A DNA stretch of 61,973 nucleotides, filler included, from Candidatus Delongbacteria bacterium (GTDB lineage: Bacteria; UBA4055), in the NCBI GenBank assembly GCA_016937995.1. It is 3 parts of 3 records of this genome, joined end to end, with 100 filler letters (N's around TTAATTAATTAA, not from the genome) between each part and the next. Parts side by side here need not be neighbours in the genome. Positions count along the whole stretch, not along the records: positions 28,646 to 54,479 come from JAFGVM010000072.1; positions 54,580 to 61,973 come from JAFGVM010000080.1; 1 more part is not named here. One strand, 5' to 3'. The translations under genes and the position numbers were made by a program. The notes under the pieces were generated by a model. It saw only the letters and a list, made by a program, of their open reading frames with translations. It did no database searches and was not told the DNA's origin. Shown one piece after another: positions 46,169 to 57,823 of this stretch (position 1 is the first letter of the stretch; every line of letters starts with the position of its first letter).

Positions 46169-46939
46169 ATGATATCAGCTGTAAAAGATTCACTGAGTTT
46201 TATTTATTTTCTCAAAGGAGCTTCATTTCTTCTCAGTAATAAGAAATTATTAAAATACGCTGTTTTTCAAATAATCATAGCTACGATATTACTTATAATT
46301 GCTTTCTTTTTCATATTCTCCAATGGAATGGACTGGTATGATTCTATGCTCGGAAGCTGGATAACGGAAAGTGCAGCATGGTGGCTGAAAACTTTTTATT
46401 ACATTCTGGTGTTACCATTCTTTCTTATTGTAGTAGTACTGTCTTTATTCATTATAATGATACTCTCTCAGGTTATCAATGCTCCTTTCAATACCTTACT
46501 CTCAGAGAAAGTTGAAGAAGTTTACACTGGTAAAAAATTCAAGAGTCCACTATCATTTTTTGGACAAATCTGGCATGATATTTTATATGAATTGAGAAAA
46601 TTAGTATTTTTTATCATTCTGTTGATAATTCCATTACCATTACTACTGATACCTTTTATCGGAAGTATAGGTTACACGATAATATCTTCTCTTATTTTAA
46701 TGTACACATTAACTTTTGATTTCCTGGATTATCCTATGGAAAGAGATCTTCTTGATCTGAAACACCGGAAGGTCATGCTTTTTAAAAGACCCGGGATATG
46801 GCTTGGATACGGAGGATTGATGTTCCTGATCTTCCTTATACCTCTGGTAAATGTTATAGTCTGGCCTATTCTGATCACTTCAGGTACATTGTTATATATT
46901 GACAAACTGAAGATCGATCAGGATGTAACTGAAATGTAG
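46169..46939 (+). CDS. EI24/CysZ-like membrane protein
   Basis: Motifs APFNTLLSEKVE, LIPFIG, FLDYPMER and IPLVN. Confidence 0.8.
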   Translation: MISAVKDSLSFIYFLKGASFLLSNKKLLKYAVFQIIIATILLIIAFFFIFSNGMDWYDSMLGSWITESAAWWLKTFYYILVLPFFLIVVVLSLFIIMILSQVINAPFNTLLSEKVEEVYTGKKFKSPLSFFGQIWHDILYELRKLVFFIILLIIPLPLLLIPFIGSIGYTIISSLILMYTLTFDFLDYPMERDLLDLKHRKVMLFKRPGIWLGYGGLMFLIFLIPLVNVIVWPILITSGTLLYIDKLKIDQDVTEM

Positions 46940-47018
46940 TATAGCCTTTCAATTAATTCTAAAATATATAATTTTGAAACTAAATGAATAAATGACGAAG
47001 AAGTTAAAAATTTAATCC

Positions 47019-47068
47019 AAAAAAGAAAAAGGGTGGTCTGCTTTCTGCGCAAACCACCCTTCTTCTTT
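47019..47068. terminator. Bidirectional intrinsic terminator
   Basis: AGGGTGGTCTGC/GCAAACCACCCT stem flanked by A-rich and T-rich tracts, between convergent genes. Confidence 0.7.
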
Positions 47069-47103
47069 GTGTGTGTGTGTTGAGGAGTAATTATTTTACA
47101 TCT

Positions 47104-47256
47104 TTAGAAGAAGTGGATATACGGGGTCTTATTTTTAAAGATCGATCTTCTCATTTCAAATTTTACTTCAGTACCCATCACTTCTTTCAATTCCTGCTGT
47201 GAGATCTTTTTGTTTTCAAATTTCTCAATAATTTTTTTTAATCTTAAACCTTTCAT
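47104..47256 (-). CDS. Unannotated 50-aa small protein
   Basis: Hand translation MKGLRLKKIIEKFENKKISQQELKEVMGTEVKFEMRRSIFKNKTPYIHFF*. AGGAG Shine-Dalgarno about 7 nt upstream and a terminator downstream. Confidence 0.6.
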   Translation of the reverse strand: MKGLRLKKIIEKFENKKISQQELKEVMGTEVKFEMRRSIFKNKTPYIHFF

Positions 47257-47451
47257 TTTATTCTCCTATTTTATCAGTTTCGAATTACAACTGTAATATG
47301 CTAAAATATCATATATCTTCAAATATCTAACCGATGAAGTGTTTAAATCGTGGAATAAAATGTAATAACCCAGTGTAGAACGAATAAAAAAAAGATGCTA
47401 TATCTGCATCTTATTAAAATATTGGTTTTAAATTATACATTATCTATTGAT

Positions 47452-48387
47452 TCAGATCCATTTTCTGTAAACAAAAAGAACGATACCCATGATCGCAGCC
47501 ACAGCTGAAATTATCAGGGTAATTACAAAAGCATGAGGTGATTGCTGGAACGGAAGAACAACGTTCATACCGTAAAGACTTGCGACCAGTGTTGGAATAG
47601 CTATAATGATCGTAACTGCAGTGAGAAATCTCATGACAATGTTAAGATTGTTTGAGATCAGTGATGAAAAGAAATTCATCATCTCGTTCAAGATAGTGCT
47701 GTAAATTTCTGCCATCTCGATCGCCTGTTTGATATCAATTATCACATCTTCAAGTATATCCTCTTTGCTCTCATCCATCTTGAACAACTTACTTCTTTGA
47801 AGTTTCTGGATCATTCTGTTGTTTGATTTTAAAGATGCTTCGAACTGGATAAGGGATTTATCAAGCTTAAAGATCTCAACAAGTTCTTCATTTTTCATTG
47901 ATCGCTGAATGTCTTCCTCTATCTCTCCGGCCTTGTGCCTCAGCTGCTTTAAATATCTGATATATAACTGATTTGTTCTGTTAAATATCTGAAGAATAGA
48001 TTTACCTCTGTCAGTTGTATCAAAGTTCTTGATCCTCTGCTGAATAAAGTCGTTTATAAGATCATTCTCCCTTGAACATACTGTTATCATAAGTTTATCT
48101 TTGAGTATTATTATTCCAAGAGGAATAGTCTGATAATGTGATCCCTCGCTGTCAATATCCAGAACAGGTATCCTGGTCAAAAGAATAAAATCATCATCAT
48201 CTATCTCCAGACGTGCAACTTCATCAATATCTAAGGGGTCAGTCAGAAAATCACGGGGAATATCGAACTTATTAATTATTGAATCGATCTCCTCTTTTGA
48301 AGGATGAACAATATTTACCCATGAATTGTCCTCATAAGTATCAATATTTATTAAACCTGTATCTGAACTCTTAAATATTTCAATCAT
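47452..48387 (-). CDS. corA: CorA family Mg2+/Co2+ transporter
   Basis: Motifs DPLDIDE..R, ISNNLNIVMRFLT and the signature YGMNV, with two C-terminal TM helices. Confidence 0.92.
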   Translation of the reverse strand: MIEIFKSSDTGLINIDTYEDNSWVNIVHPSKEEIDSIINKFDIPRDFLTDPLDIDEVARLEIDDDDFILLTRIPVLDIDSEGSHYQTIPLGIIILKDKLMITVCSRENDLINDFIQQRIKNFDTTDRGKSILQIFNRTNQLYIRYLKQLRHKAGEIEEDIQRSMKNEELVEIFKLDKSLIQFEASLKSNNRMIQKLQRSKLFKMDESKEDILEDVIIDIKQAIEMAEIYSTILNEMMNFFSSLISNNLNIVMRFLTAVTIIIAIPTLVASLYGMNVVLPFQQSPHAFVITLIISAVAAIMGIVLFVYRKWI

Positions 48388-48538
48388 AATGATTCCTTAA
48401 ATATTTCATTTAATAAAACTACGTAAAATTACAAAATTGAGCAAGTGAAAAACAAATTCCTTTAATTTAACAATTTTCCAATATCAATTTGTGATAACTT
48501 TTCATATATTCCGCTTGTAATTAAAAAGGATCACAATA

Positions 48539-49914
48539 ATGCCTTTCTGGGATAAATTAGAAGACCTCTTACCACTGAACATAATTTCCTACTCACAGGA
48601 AGAAAAATATGTTTACAGAACCGATTCTACCAAGTTCAACGGTGATCCTGATATTATAATTAACGTGACAAATCAGAAAGAAGTTATCATTGCTGTTAAT
48701 TTTGCAGCCAAGAATGACATACCGGTCATTCCAAGGGGTGCAGGTTCGGGTATGAGTGGTGGTGCAGTTCCTATTAAAGGAGGCATCGTTTTAAATTTTG
48801 AAAAAATGAACCAGATACTTAAGATAGATAAAAAAAAACGAATTGCATATGTCCAGCCGGGAGTTGTTGTTTCTGATCTTCAGGATAAAGTGAAAGAATT
48901 AGGGTTATATTATCCTCCAGACCCCTCGAGCAATAAAGTTGCGACCATTGGAGGGACAGTCGCTGAAAATGCAGGCGGACTTCATTGTGTCAGGTATGGT
49001 GTTACATCAAGATATGTCAAAGGTTTAAAATTCGTCGACAGTAAAGGTTACCTTTATTCTACAGGGATTTACAATAATAAGTATTTGCCTGGAGCATCTT
49101 TGCTTGTTGGTTCAGAGGGAACTTTAGGTGTAATAACTGAGATAGCACTGGAATTGCTGGAAGAACCTATTCTGAAAGACACTTTTTTGACTTATCATGA
49201 AAGTTTTATGGATGCTGTTAATACAGTGATCAAGATTAAAAAAACTGACATAGATCCTTCCGTTATGGAAATTATTGACAGTAATTCTTTGAAAGCTGTA
49301 ACTCAATTTAAAGATATAAATTTAAAGACCGGTACTGATACTGTTTTAATAATTCAACTTGATTCAAATCTTCTGACAGACCTTTTGGACAGATCTTCCA
49401 AACTGGAAAATCTATTTAAAAAATTGAATATTCTCGGGTATAAAAAAGCTGAATCCTCTCTGGAAGCAGAGGATATATGGAGCCTGAGGAGAGCAATATC
49501 TTCCTCAATAAAAAGAATTTCCCCCAATAAACTTAATGAGGATATTTCTATTCCGATAAGTGAGTTTCCAAGAATAGTTGAAATTGTAAGGAACATTGAA
49601 AACAAGTATGGTCTTAAAATAGTGATTTACGGGCATGCGGGAGATGGTAACCTTCACATTAACATACTCTATGACAGAAACAACAAAAGTGAAACTGACA
49701 ATACAATATTTGCAGCAGAGGATATTTTCAAGAATACTGTACAGCTTGGAGGCAGCATAACAGGTGAGCATGGAATTGGACTTTCAAAGAAAAATTTTTT
49801 AAGTTTGCAATATTCAAAAAATGAAATTGGTTTTATGAAAAAATTAAAAAAAGCATTTGATCCTGCTTTGATCATAAATCCTGATAAGATATTTAACGTA
49901 CAAAAGGATAATTA

Positions 49915-49915
<1 letters not shown>
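48539..49915 (+). CDS. FAD-linked 2-hydroxyacid oxidase/dehydrogenase (GlcD-like)
   Basis: Motifs PRGAGSGMSGG, YPPDPSS, TIGG..AENAGG, GSEGTLG, GHAGDGNLH and GEHGIG. Confidence 0.9.
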
Positions 49916-52166
<2,251 letters not shown>

Positions 52167-52185
52167 TAATTAGGAAACTGATCTC

Positions 52186-52764
52186 ATGGATTCTTTCACT
52201 AAAAAAACTATTATCAGACATGCACTTGTATTTCTAGCTGTTCTTATTATTCTAACTCTGATGATATTATTTACAGAAGATAAATACCAACTCTGGATCT
52301 TTTTTGCATTGTATTCCCTATTAATAATAATATTACATTATATGTACGTCTCTGTTCAGAAGGAAAAATTAAATCAGATGCTCGTTAAAGAAAAAGATAT
52401 GATCAAGCAGAGAGCAGAGGCTGAATCTAAATCAGAATACCTTAGATCATTGAGAAAGAAGAAAATAATGGAAGAACAGGTTAAGGCTATCCATTCATTA
52501 CTGGTCATGCAGAACCATAAGATAAATTCACCTTTGAACGGAATAATCGGTTATTCCGATATTTTGAAAAGTAAGATAAACAAGTCCGATCTTGATGATA
52601 AGAACAGTATTAATTCCATTTTGGAAAAGATCAAGAAAAGCGGTGAGAAAATTCACGGGATCATTAACAATCTTGATGATATCGAGAACCCTATTTTTAA
52701 GGATGTTTTTAACTCAAAGGTCATTAAAGATCTTGAAAAAGCAGATATCAAGCTCGATGCTTGA
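52186..52764 (+). CDS. Membrane protein with a HisKA-like dimerisation/phosphoacceptor domain and no ATPase domain
   Basis: Two TM helices, a coiled coil and the H-box-like NHKINSPLNGIIGYSDIL. Ends without N/G1/F/G2 boxes. Confidence 0.65.
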   Translation: MDSFTKKTIIRHALVFLAVLIILTLMILFTEDKYQLWIFFALYSLLIIILHYMYVSVQKEKLNQMLVKEKDMIKQRAEAESKSEYLRSLRKKKIMEEQVKAIHSLLVMQNHKINSPLNGIIGYSDILKSKINKSDLDDKNSINSILEKIKKSGEKIHGIINNLDDIENPIFKDVFNSKVIKDLEKADIKLDA

Positions 52765-53138
52765 TAATTTTCAATTCACTCAATTCTTATGATACTTTCG
52801 TTCAGTTAATTTGCATGAAATAGAAGAATACTGAGCTATATACTCACATAACGAAGAAAGAAATGGACAAGATAACAAGTCCGTTAGACAACCTGAAAGT
52901 ACAGGAAATAAATACGGTACTCGTACCATATATCCGGAATTTTTACGCACTAACTATTTCCGCACATTGTCTGTTAAAGCAACCAGTGGTGTGGACTAAA
53001 AAAAACCAAATAGCAAATTGATAAAAGATTTAGTTAATAATTTTGTGGATTTTGAACTTTTTATGAATTATAATTGACTTAAATTTGCATTTTGGTATAG
53101 AAATTAGATGTATATTGAATAAAAATAGGAGAGTCATA

Positions 53139-54197
53139 ATGAAAAAAATGCTAGTAGCTATGCTCTTAATTGGAGCAACATTCAGTTCGCTAATCGCACA
53201 AACAGAATGGGAGCTTATATTTCATTCAACAAGCATTCCAACTTTGGAAAAGGAAATGGGTGAAATGCTTGCAGCAGGATATGAACCTGTTGGTATTGAA
53301 TTAGTACGAGATGGTGTTAAAAAAGGTGTACTAACGATGTACGAAAAAGTCGAAGATCAGAGTATTCAAAGTATGAAGATCGTAGAAATTTTTGACTTTA
53401 ATACCATAAAAGAGACAATAACGAAAGAGGCAAAAAATGGTTACTTACCTTTAGATCTCACATACTACACTCAAAGTATTATTGTTCTGTTTGTTAAATA
53501 TGAGGATTCACCCATAACAGAATGGGCTTTTGATGCAGCCGAAGCTTCATATGCTGATATTGGAAAATCACTTGAAAAATTTTCAAATAAAAGTAGAGAA
53601 TGGATACCAGTTGGTATTATGGGGCATGAAATATTTAAAAAATACTTGTTAATGTACCTGAAAGTACCTGGCTTAGAACTACAAGATTACAATGTTTATA
53701 CATTTGAAGGTCTTGAAAACTTTCAACAAGGTATAGACCAACTTTACTCAGAGGGTTGGTCAATCTGTGGTTTCTCTATTTATGGAAATGAATGGGATGT
53801 TGTAGTTGTGAAAGTTGATATTAATGAGAATTACATTGATAAGGCACAGAGTAATGCTTGTTGGACTGGCAATTGGGAAGGAAGTATGTCATTCGAAGGT
53901 GAAGGATTTTTGACAGTACAAAATGTTACCGACGAAAGTTTCTATTTCAAACTTGAAGCAGTAAATTCAAGAGGAAATATGGGTATGATTGAAAAAGGTA
54001 TAGCATTCTTTAATCCTGATGCACCCACATTGGCAGTCTTTTATGATGAAAATTATCCAAACTATTCAATTGTATTCAGCATGATTGATAATAATATTTG
54101 GATAAACGAAATTGATCCAAATACAAGAACTCAAAATCTCAACTCTCCATACTGTGGTGCTGGTGTTAACTTTACAGGCACTTATTACTCTAAATAA
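53139..54197 (+). CDS. Secreted hypothetical protein with four internal repeats of about 50 aa
   Basis: ATG 53139 follows AGGAG; signal peptide MKKMLVAMLL; repeats GYEPVGI, GYLPLDL, EWIPVGI and GWSICGF. Confidence 0.75.
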   Translation: MKKMLVAMLLIGATFSSLIAQTEWELIFHSTSIPTLEKEMGEMLAAGYEPVGIELVRDGVKKGVLTMYEKVEDQSIQSMKIVEIFDFNTIKETITKEAKNGYLPLDLTYYTQSIIVLFVKYEDSPITEWAFDAAEASYADIGKSLEKFSNKSREWIPVGIMGHEIFKKYLLMYLKVPGLELQDYNVYTFEGLENFQQGIDQLYSEGWSICGFSIYGNEWDVVVVKVDINENYIDKAQSNACWTGNWEGSMSFEGEGFLTVQNVTDESFYFKLEAVNSRGNMGMIEKGIAFFNPDAPTLAVFYDENYPNYSIVFSMIDNNIWINEIDPNTRTQNLNSPYCGAGVNFTGTYYSK

Positions 54198-54479
54198 ATA
54201 TTTAATCTTTTGACAACTGGGGTCGTTTTGAAATTCGATCCCAGTTCCTAATTATGCCAATGCTTGTGCTTGCCAATATTAAACATTATACGACTTTTGG
54301 GTCTATTTGGTTTTTTCTATATTTGAGCTGGATACTGCAGACACACAACATTGACAAAATCACACTGACTTTATCATCTATGGGTCCGAAGGTCACGCTT
54401 TGTGTCAACAAAGATGTCGCCTCTGTTAATTAATTTCACTGTTTGATCTCCGGATTCAAAACCACTTTTTCCGGCGCAC

Positions 54480-54579
54480 NNNNNNNNNNNNNNNNNNNNN
54501 NNNNNNNNNNNNNNNNNNNNNNNTTAATTAATTAANNNNNNNNNNNNNNNNNNNNNNNNNNNNNNNNNNNNNNNNNNNN
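54480..54579. other. Artificial contig linker
   Basis: N44-TTAATTAATTAA-N44. Confidence 0.98.
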
Positions 54580-55344
54580 TACTTTTCTGATCTCGTCTGA
54601 ATTAACAACGATCTCTTTTGGAAGACCGGCAATAAGGTCTCTTCCTTTCGCAATATATGTAAGCTCTTGTTCAAGTTCATAGGCAGATCCGATACTGATC
54701 TTTATCTTTTCAGCAGTTCTTTCGCCGATAAGAAGTTTGTAATGTGATCTCATGAATTCAACGATTGCCTGATTCATTTTATTTCCGGCTATTCTGATTG
54801 AATTCTCTGAAACTATACCGCTCAAAGAAATAACAGCGATCTCTGTTGTTCCTCCGCCTATATCTACAACCATTGATCCTTCAGGCTCATCAACAGGTAG
54901 TCCAACACCAAGAGCTGCAGCCATTGGCTCGGAAATTAAAAATACTTCTCTTGCCCCTGCATTTTCAGCAGCACTTCTGATAATTCTTTTTTCAGATTTT
55001 GTAACTCCTGATGGAACACACACTATCATTCTGGGTCTACCGCTAAAAGTACCTACTTTAACTTTTTTGATAAATTGCCTGATCATTTCTTCAGCAACTT
55101 CATCATCATCGATCACTCCGTCTTTCATAGGTCTGATAGTTCTGATATTCCCGGGGGTTTTACCTTCCATACTTCTGGCTTCAGTTCCGATCGCGACTAC
55201 TTTTTTTAATCTCTCATCCCATGTTACCACAGAAGGTTCTTCAACAACAATACCTCTTCCTTTGACATAGATAAGTGTGTTTGCTGTTCCAAGATCAATT
55301 GCGATATCGTGTGAGAAAAAGCTGAATAATGATAGAAAATCCAT
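54580..55344 (-). CDS. mreB: Rod shape-determining protein MreB (3' end cut by the contig end)
   Basis: Motifs IAIDLGTANT, EPSVV, RPMKDGVI, EPMAAA and DIGGGTTE. Confidence 0.96.
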
Positions 55345-55418
55345 GTTGTATCCTTAAAGTTAAATTTAGAAATTAGAATTCAGAAGTATTAATTCTTCAT
55401 TTTCCATTCTCAATTGTT

Positions 55419-57116
55419 TTAGTGTCTAAAGTGTCTATTCCCGGCGAATATCATTCCAATGTCCAGTTCATCACAGGCTTTGATCGAATCAGCATCGTTC
55501 ATTGAACCGCCGGGTTGAATAATATACTTAATTCCATATTCTGCTGCTGTTCTAACAGAATCATCGTAAGGGAAAAAAGCATCACTTGCCATTACAGTTT
55601 GTTCCGAGATAACTTTTTTAAAGTAATCATCAAAACTTCCTTTAATATTTTTTGAGGTGAACTCATATTCAAGATTTTCTCTTGCTTTGGTTATTGCCAG
55701 TTTCCTGAAAGAATCGACACGGTTAGGTTGACCTGCACCCATTCCAAGAATTGTATATTGCCCATCATCAGTTGATCTGCAAAGTACAATTGCATTAGAT
55801 TTTACATGCTTACAGCATTTGTATGAAAATTCTGCAAGTTCTTCCATTTTATTATCAAATTTTTTCTTGGTTACGCAGTCATATCTTGAAGTTAATTCGT
55901 TGTCTGTTGTTTGATATAAATATCCACCATCAATTCTCTTTATTTGAAAATCTTTAGCTTTTTTTGAAGCTCCAATATCTATTTTTAAAACTCTGACACT
56001 CTGAAAACTCTTATTTGTTGTAATGTATTCCATAGCTTCATCTGAAAATGATGGTGCCAGGATCACTTCAACGAATTTTCTTTTTATTTCTTCCGGGATA
56101 AGCTTATTGTTCTCCACTCTGAAAGAAAGATGTTTTACTTCCTTCCCTCTCAAGAACCTTAAGGTCTGCATGTTAAATTCTGAATTGAAGGCCAATACTG
56201 AACCCATTGCTGAAATTGGATCTGCAAACCATGCAACTTCAAGTGCTTCCCTGGAATCCTTTCCTGTAGCAGCACCGCAAGGATTCATATGTTTAACCAC
56301 AACTGCTGCCGGATCATCAAACTCAAGCACTGTGTCAAGAGCTGCCTGAGCATCCATATAGTTGTTGTATGACATTTCTTTTCCCGCTATAAGTTTTGCA
56401 GTAGCCAGAGTACCTTCCTGAGAATGTTTGTCTTTGTAAAGAAAACCTTTTTGATGTGAATTCTCTCCATACCTGAGTTCTTTGCCTTGTTCCAAGAATA
56501 AATTTTTCTTAAATTTTTTTGCTAATCTATTCTCAAGATATTCCGAAATTATACTGTCATATTCTGCTGTTCTGCTAAAGACCTTCAGAGCTAATTCCTC
56601 TCTAAGATCCAGGGAAGTTCCTCCATATTTATCATATTCCTCTATAAACCTGTCATAATCAGCAGGATCGGTTATTACTGTAACGTAATTATAATTTTTA
56701 GCACTGCTCCTGAGCATTGTCGGTCCGCCAATGTCAATATTTTCTATTGCATCTTCCAATGTAACATCAGGATCGGAAATTGTTTTTTCGAAGGGATAAA
56801 GATTTACAACGACAAGATCTATCATCTCAACACCGTTTTGCAGAGCCTCTGACATGTGTGTATCATTCTCTCTTACCGCAAGAATACCACCATGAACCTT
56901 TGGATTCAAAGTTTTGATCCTTCCATCCATCATTTCAGGAAAACCGGTCAATTCTGTTATATCTTTGACCGGTATACCTTCCGATTTTAAAATCTTATAG
57001 GTTCCGCCTGTGGAAAATATCTCTATACCCTTGTCCTCTAAATATTTTGCAAGATCTTCAATGTTCTTTTTATCTGAAACAGATATAATTGCCCTTTTTA
57101 TAGCTGTAAAATTCAA
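55419..57116 (-). CDS. purH: Bifunctional AICAR transformylase / IMP cyclohydrolase
   Basis: Motifs SVSDK, STGGT, VNLYPF, IDIGGP, LRYGEN.HQ, KH.NPCG, VKSNAI, ASDAFFP and QPGGS. Confidence 0.95.
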   Translation of the reverse strand: MNFTAIKRAIISVSDKKNIEDLAKYLEDKGIEIFSTGGTYKILKSEGIPVKDITELTGFPEMMDGRIKTLNPKVHGGILAVRENDTHMSEALQNGVEMIDLVVVNLYPFEKTISDPDVTLEDAIENIDIGGPTMLRSSAKNYNYVTVITDPADYDRFIEEYDKYGGTSLDLREELALKVFSRTAEYDSIISEYLENRLAKKFKKNLFLEQGKELRYGENSHQKGFLYKDKHSQEGTLATAKLIAGKEMSYNNYMDAQAALDTVLEFDDPAAVVVKHMNPCGAATGKDSREALEVAWFADPISAMGSVLAFNSEFNMQTLRFLRGKEVKHLSFRVENNKLIPEEIKRKFVEVILAPSFSDEAMEYITTNKSFQSVRVLKIDIGASKKAKDFQIKRIDGGYLYQTTDNELTSRYDCVTKKKFDNKMEELAEFSYKCCKHVKSNAIVLCRSTDDGQYTILGMGAGQPNRVDSFRKLAITKARENLEYEFTSKNIKGSFDDYFKKVISEQTVMASDAFFPYDDSVRTAAEYGIKYIIQPGGSMNDADSIKACDELDIGMIFAGNRHFRH

Positions 57117-57118
57117 TT

Positions 57119-57700
57119 TTATCTCCTTTCTTCAAGTAACCTGATCGCTTCAGGATAGGCTAAGTGTTCTAATTTTAATACTTTCTTCTGTAGTGATTCC
57201 GGTGTATCATCAACTGATACTTCGACCTTCTTCTGTAACAAAATTTCACCGTTGTCATAAATATCATCAACAAAATGAATTGTCGGACCTGAATATTTCT
57301 CACCTGCATCAATTACTGATTTGTGAACATTAATCCCGTACATTCCTTTACCTCCGAACTTTGGTAATAAGGCAGGATGAATATTGAGTATCCTCCTTGA
57401 ATATTTATCAGTGACCTCTTTAGGAAGTTTCTTTATGTATCCTGCTAGAACAATGAGGTCCACATTATGCTTCTCAAGTAAATCTAATTGCATACTGACA
57501 AATTCTTTTCTGGGCATTTCTTTTCGCGGGATCACGGCAGTTTCTATTCCGAGAGAAGCTGGATATTCTAACCCACTTGCATCTTTGTTTGCGATTACCA
57601 ATACAACCTCAGAAGCTATCTTTTTTTGTAAGCTGTAGTCTAATATTGCTTTAAGATTGCTTCCTGAACCGGAAATATATGCTGCTATTCTATATTTCAA
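57119..57700 (-). CDS. purN: Phosphoribosylglycinamide formyltransferase
   Basis: Motifs ISGSGSNL, LAGY, NIHPALLP and SG.TIHFVD..YD.G. Confidence 0.95.
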   Translation of the reverse strand: MKYRIAAYISGSGSNLKAILDYSLQKKIASEVVLVIANKDASGLEYPASLGIETAVIPRKEMPRKEFVSMQLDLLEKHNVDLIVLAGYIKKLPKEVTDKYSRRILNIHPALLPKFGGKGMYGINVHKSVIDAGEKYSGPTIHFVDDIYDNGEILLQKKVEVSVDDTPESLQKKVLKLEHLAYPEAIRLLEERR

Positions 57701-57786
57701 TTTCTAGTTTCTTCTGATTAATTCAGTATTGAAAAATATGTTAATATTACTACAAAGTCAACGTATTATTAATTACATGCAAGTTG

Positions 57787-57817
57787 AAAAAAATAAAGCC
57801 CTGAATTCAGGGCTTTA
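57787..57817 (-). terminator. Intrinsic terminator after the acyl-CoA dehydrogenase
   Basis: TAAAGCCCTGAATTCAGGGCTTTA palindrome with a T run on the minus strand. Confidence 0.75.
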
Positions 57818-57823
57818 TAAAAT

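Noticed and set aside
52863..53021. 52-codon ORF MDKITSPLDN.. between the HisKA-like gene and the secreted protein
   Set aside because: No convincing ribosome-binding site, and no HATPase or other recognisable motif.
54250..54479. Possible transposase remnant or ncRNA at the end of contig 2
   Set aside because: Only short frames, no recognisable motif, and truncated by the linker.
54532..55344. mreB as a truncated pseudogene
   Set aside because: The truncation coincides with the contig end, and the stop comes from the artificial linker.
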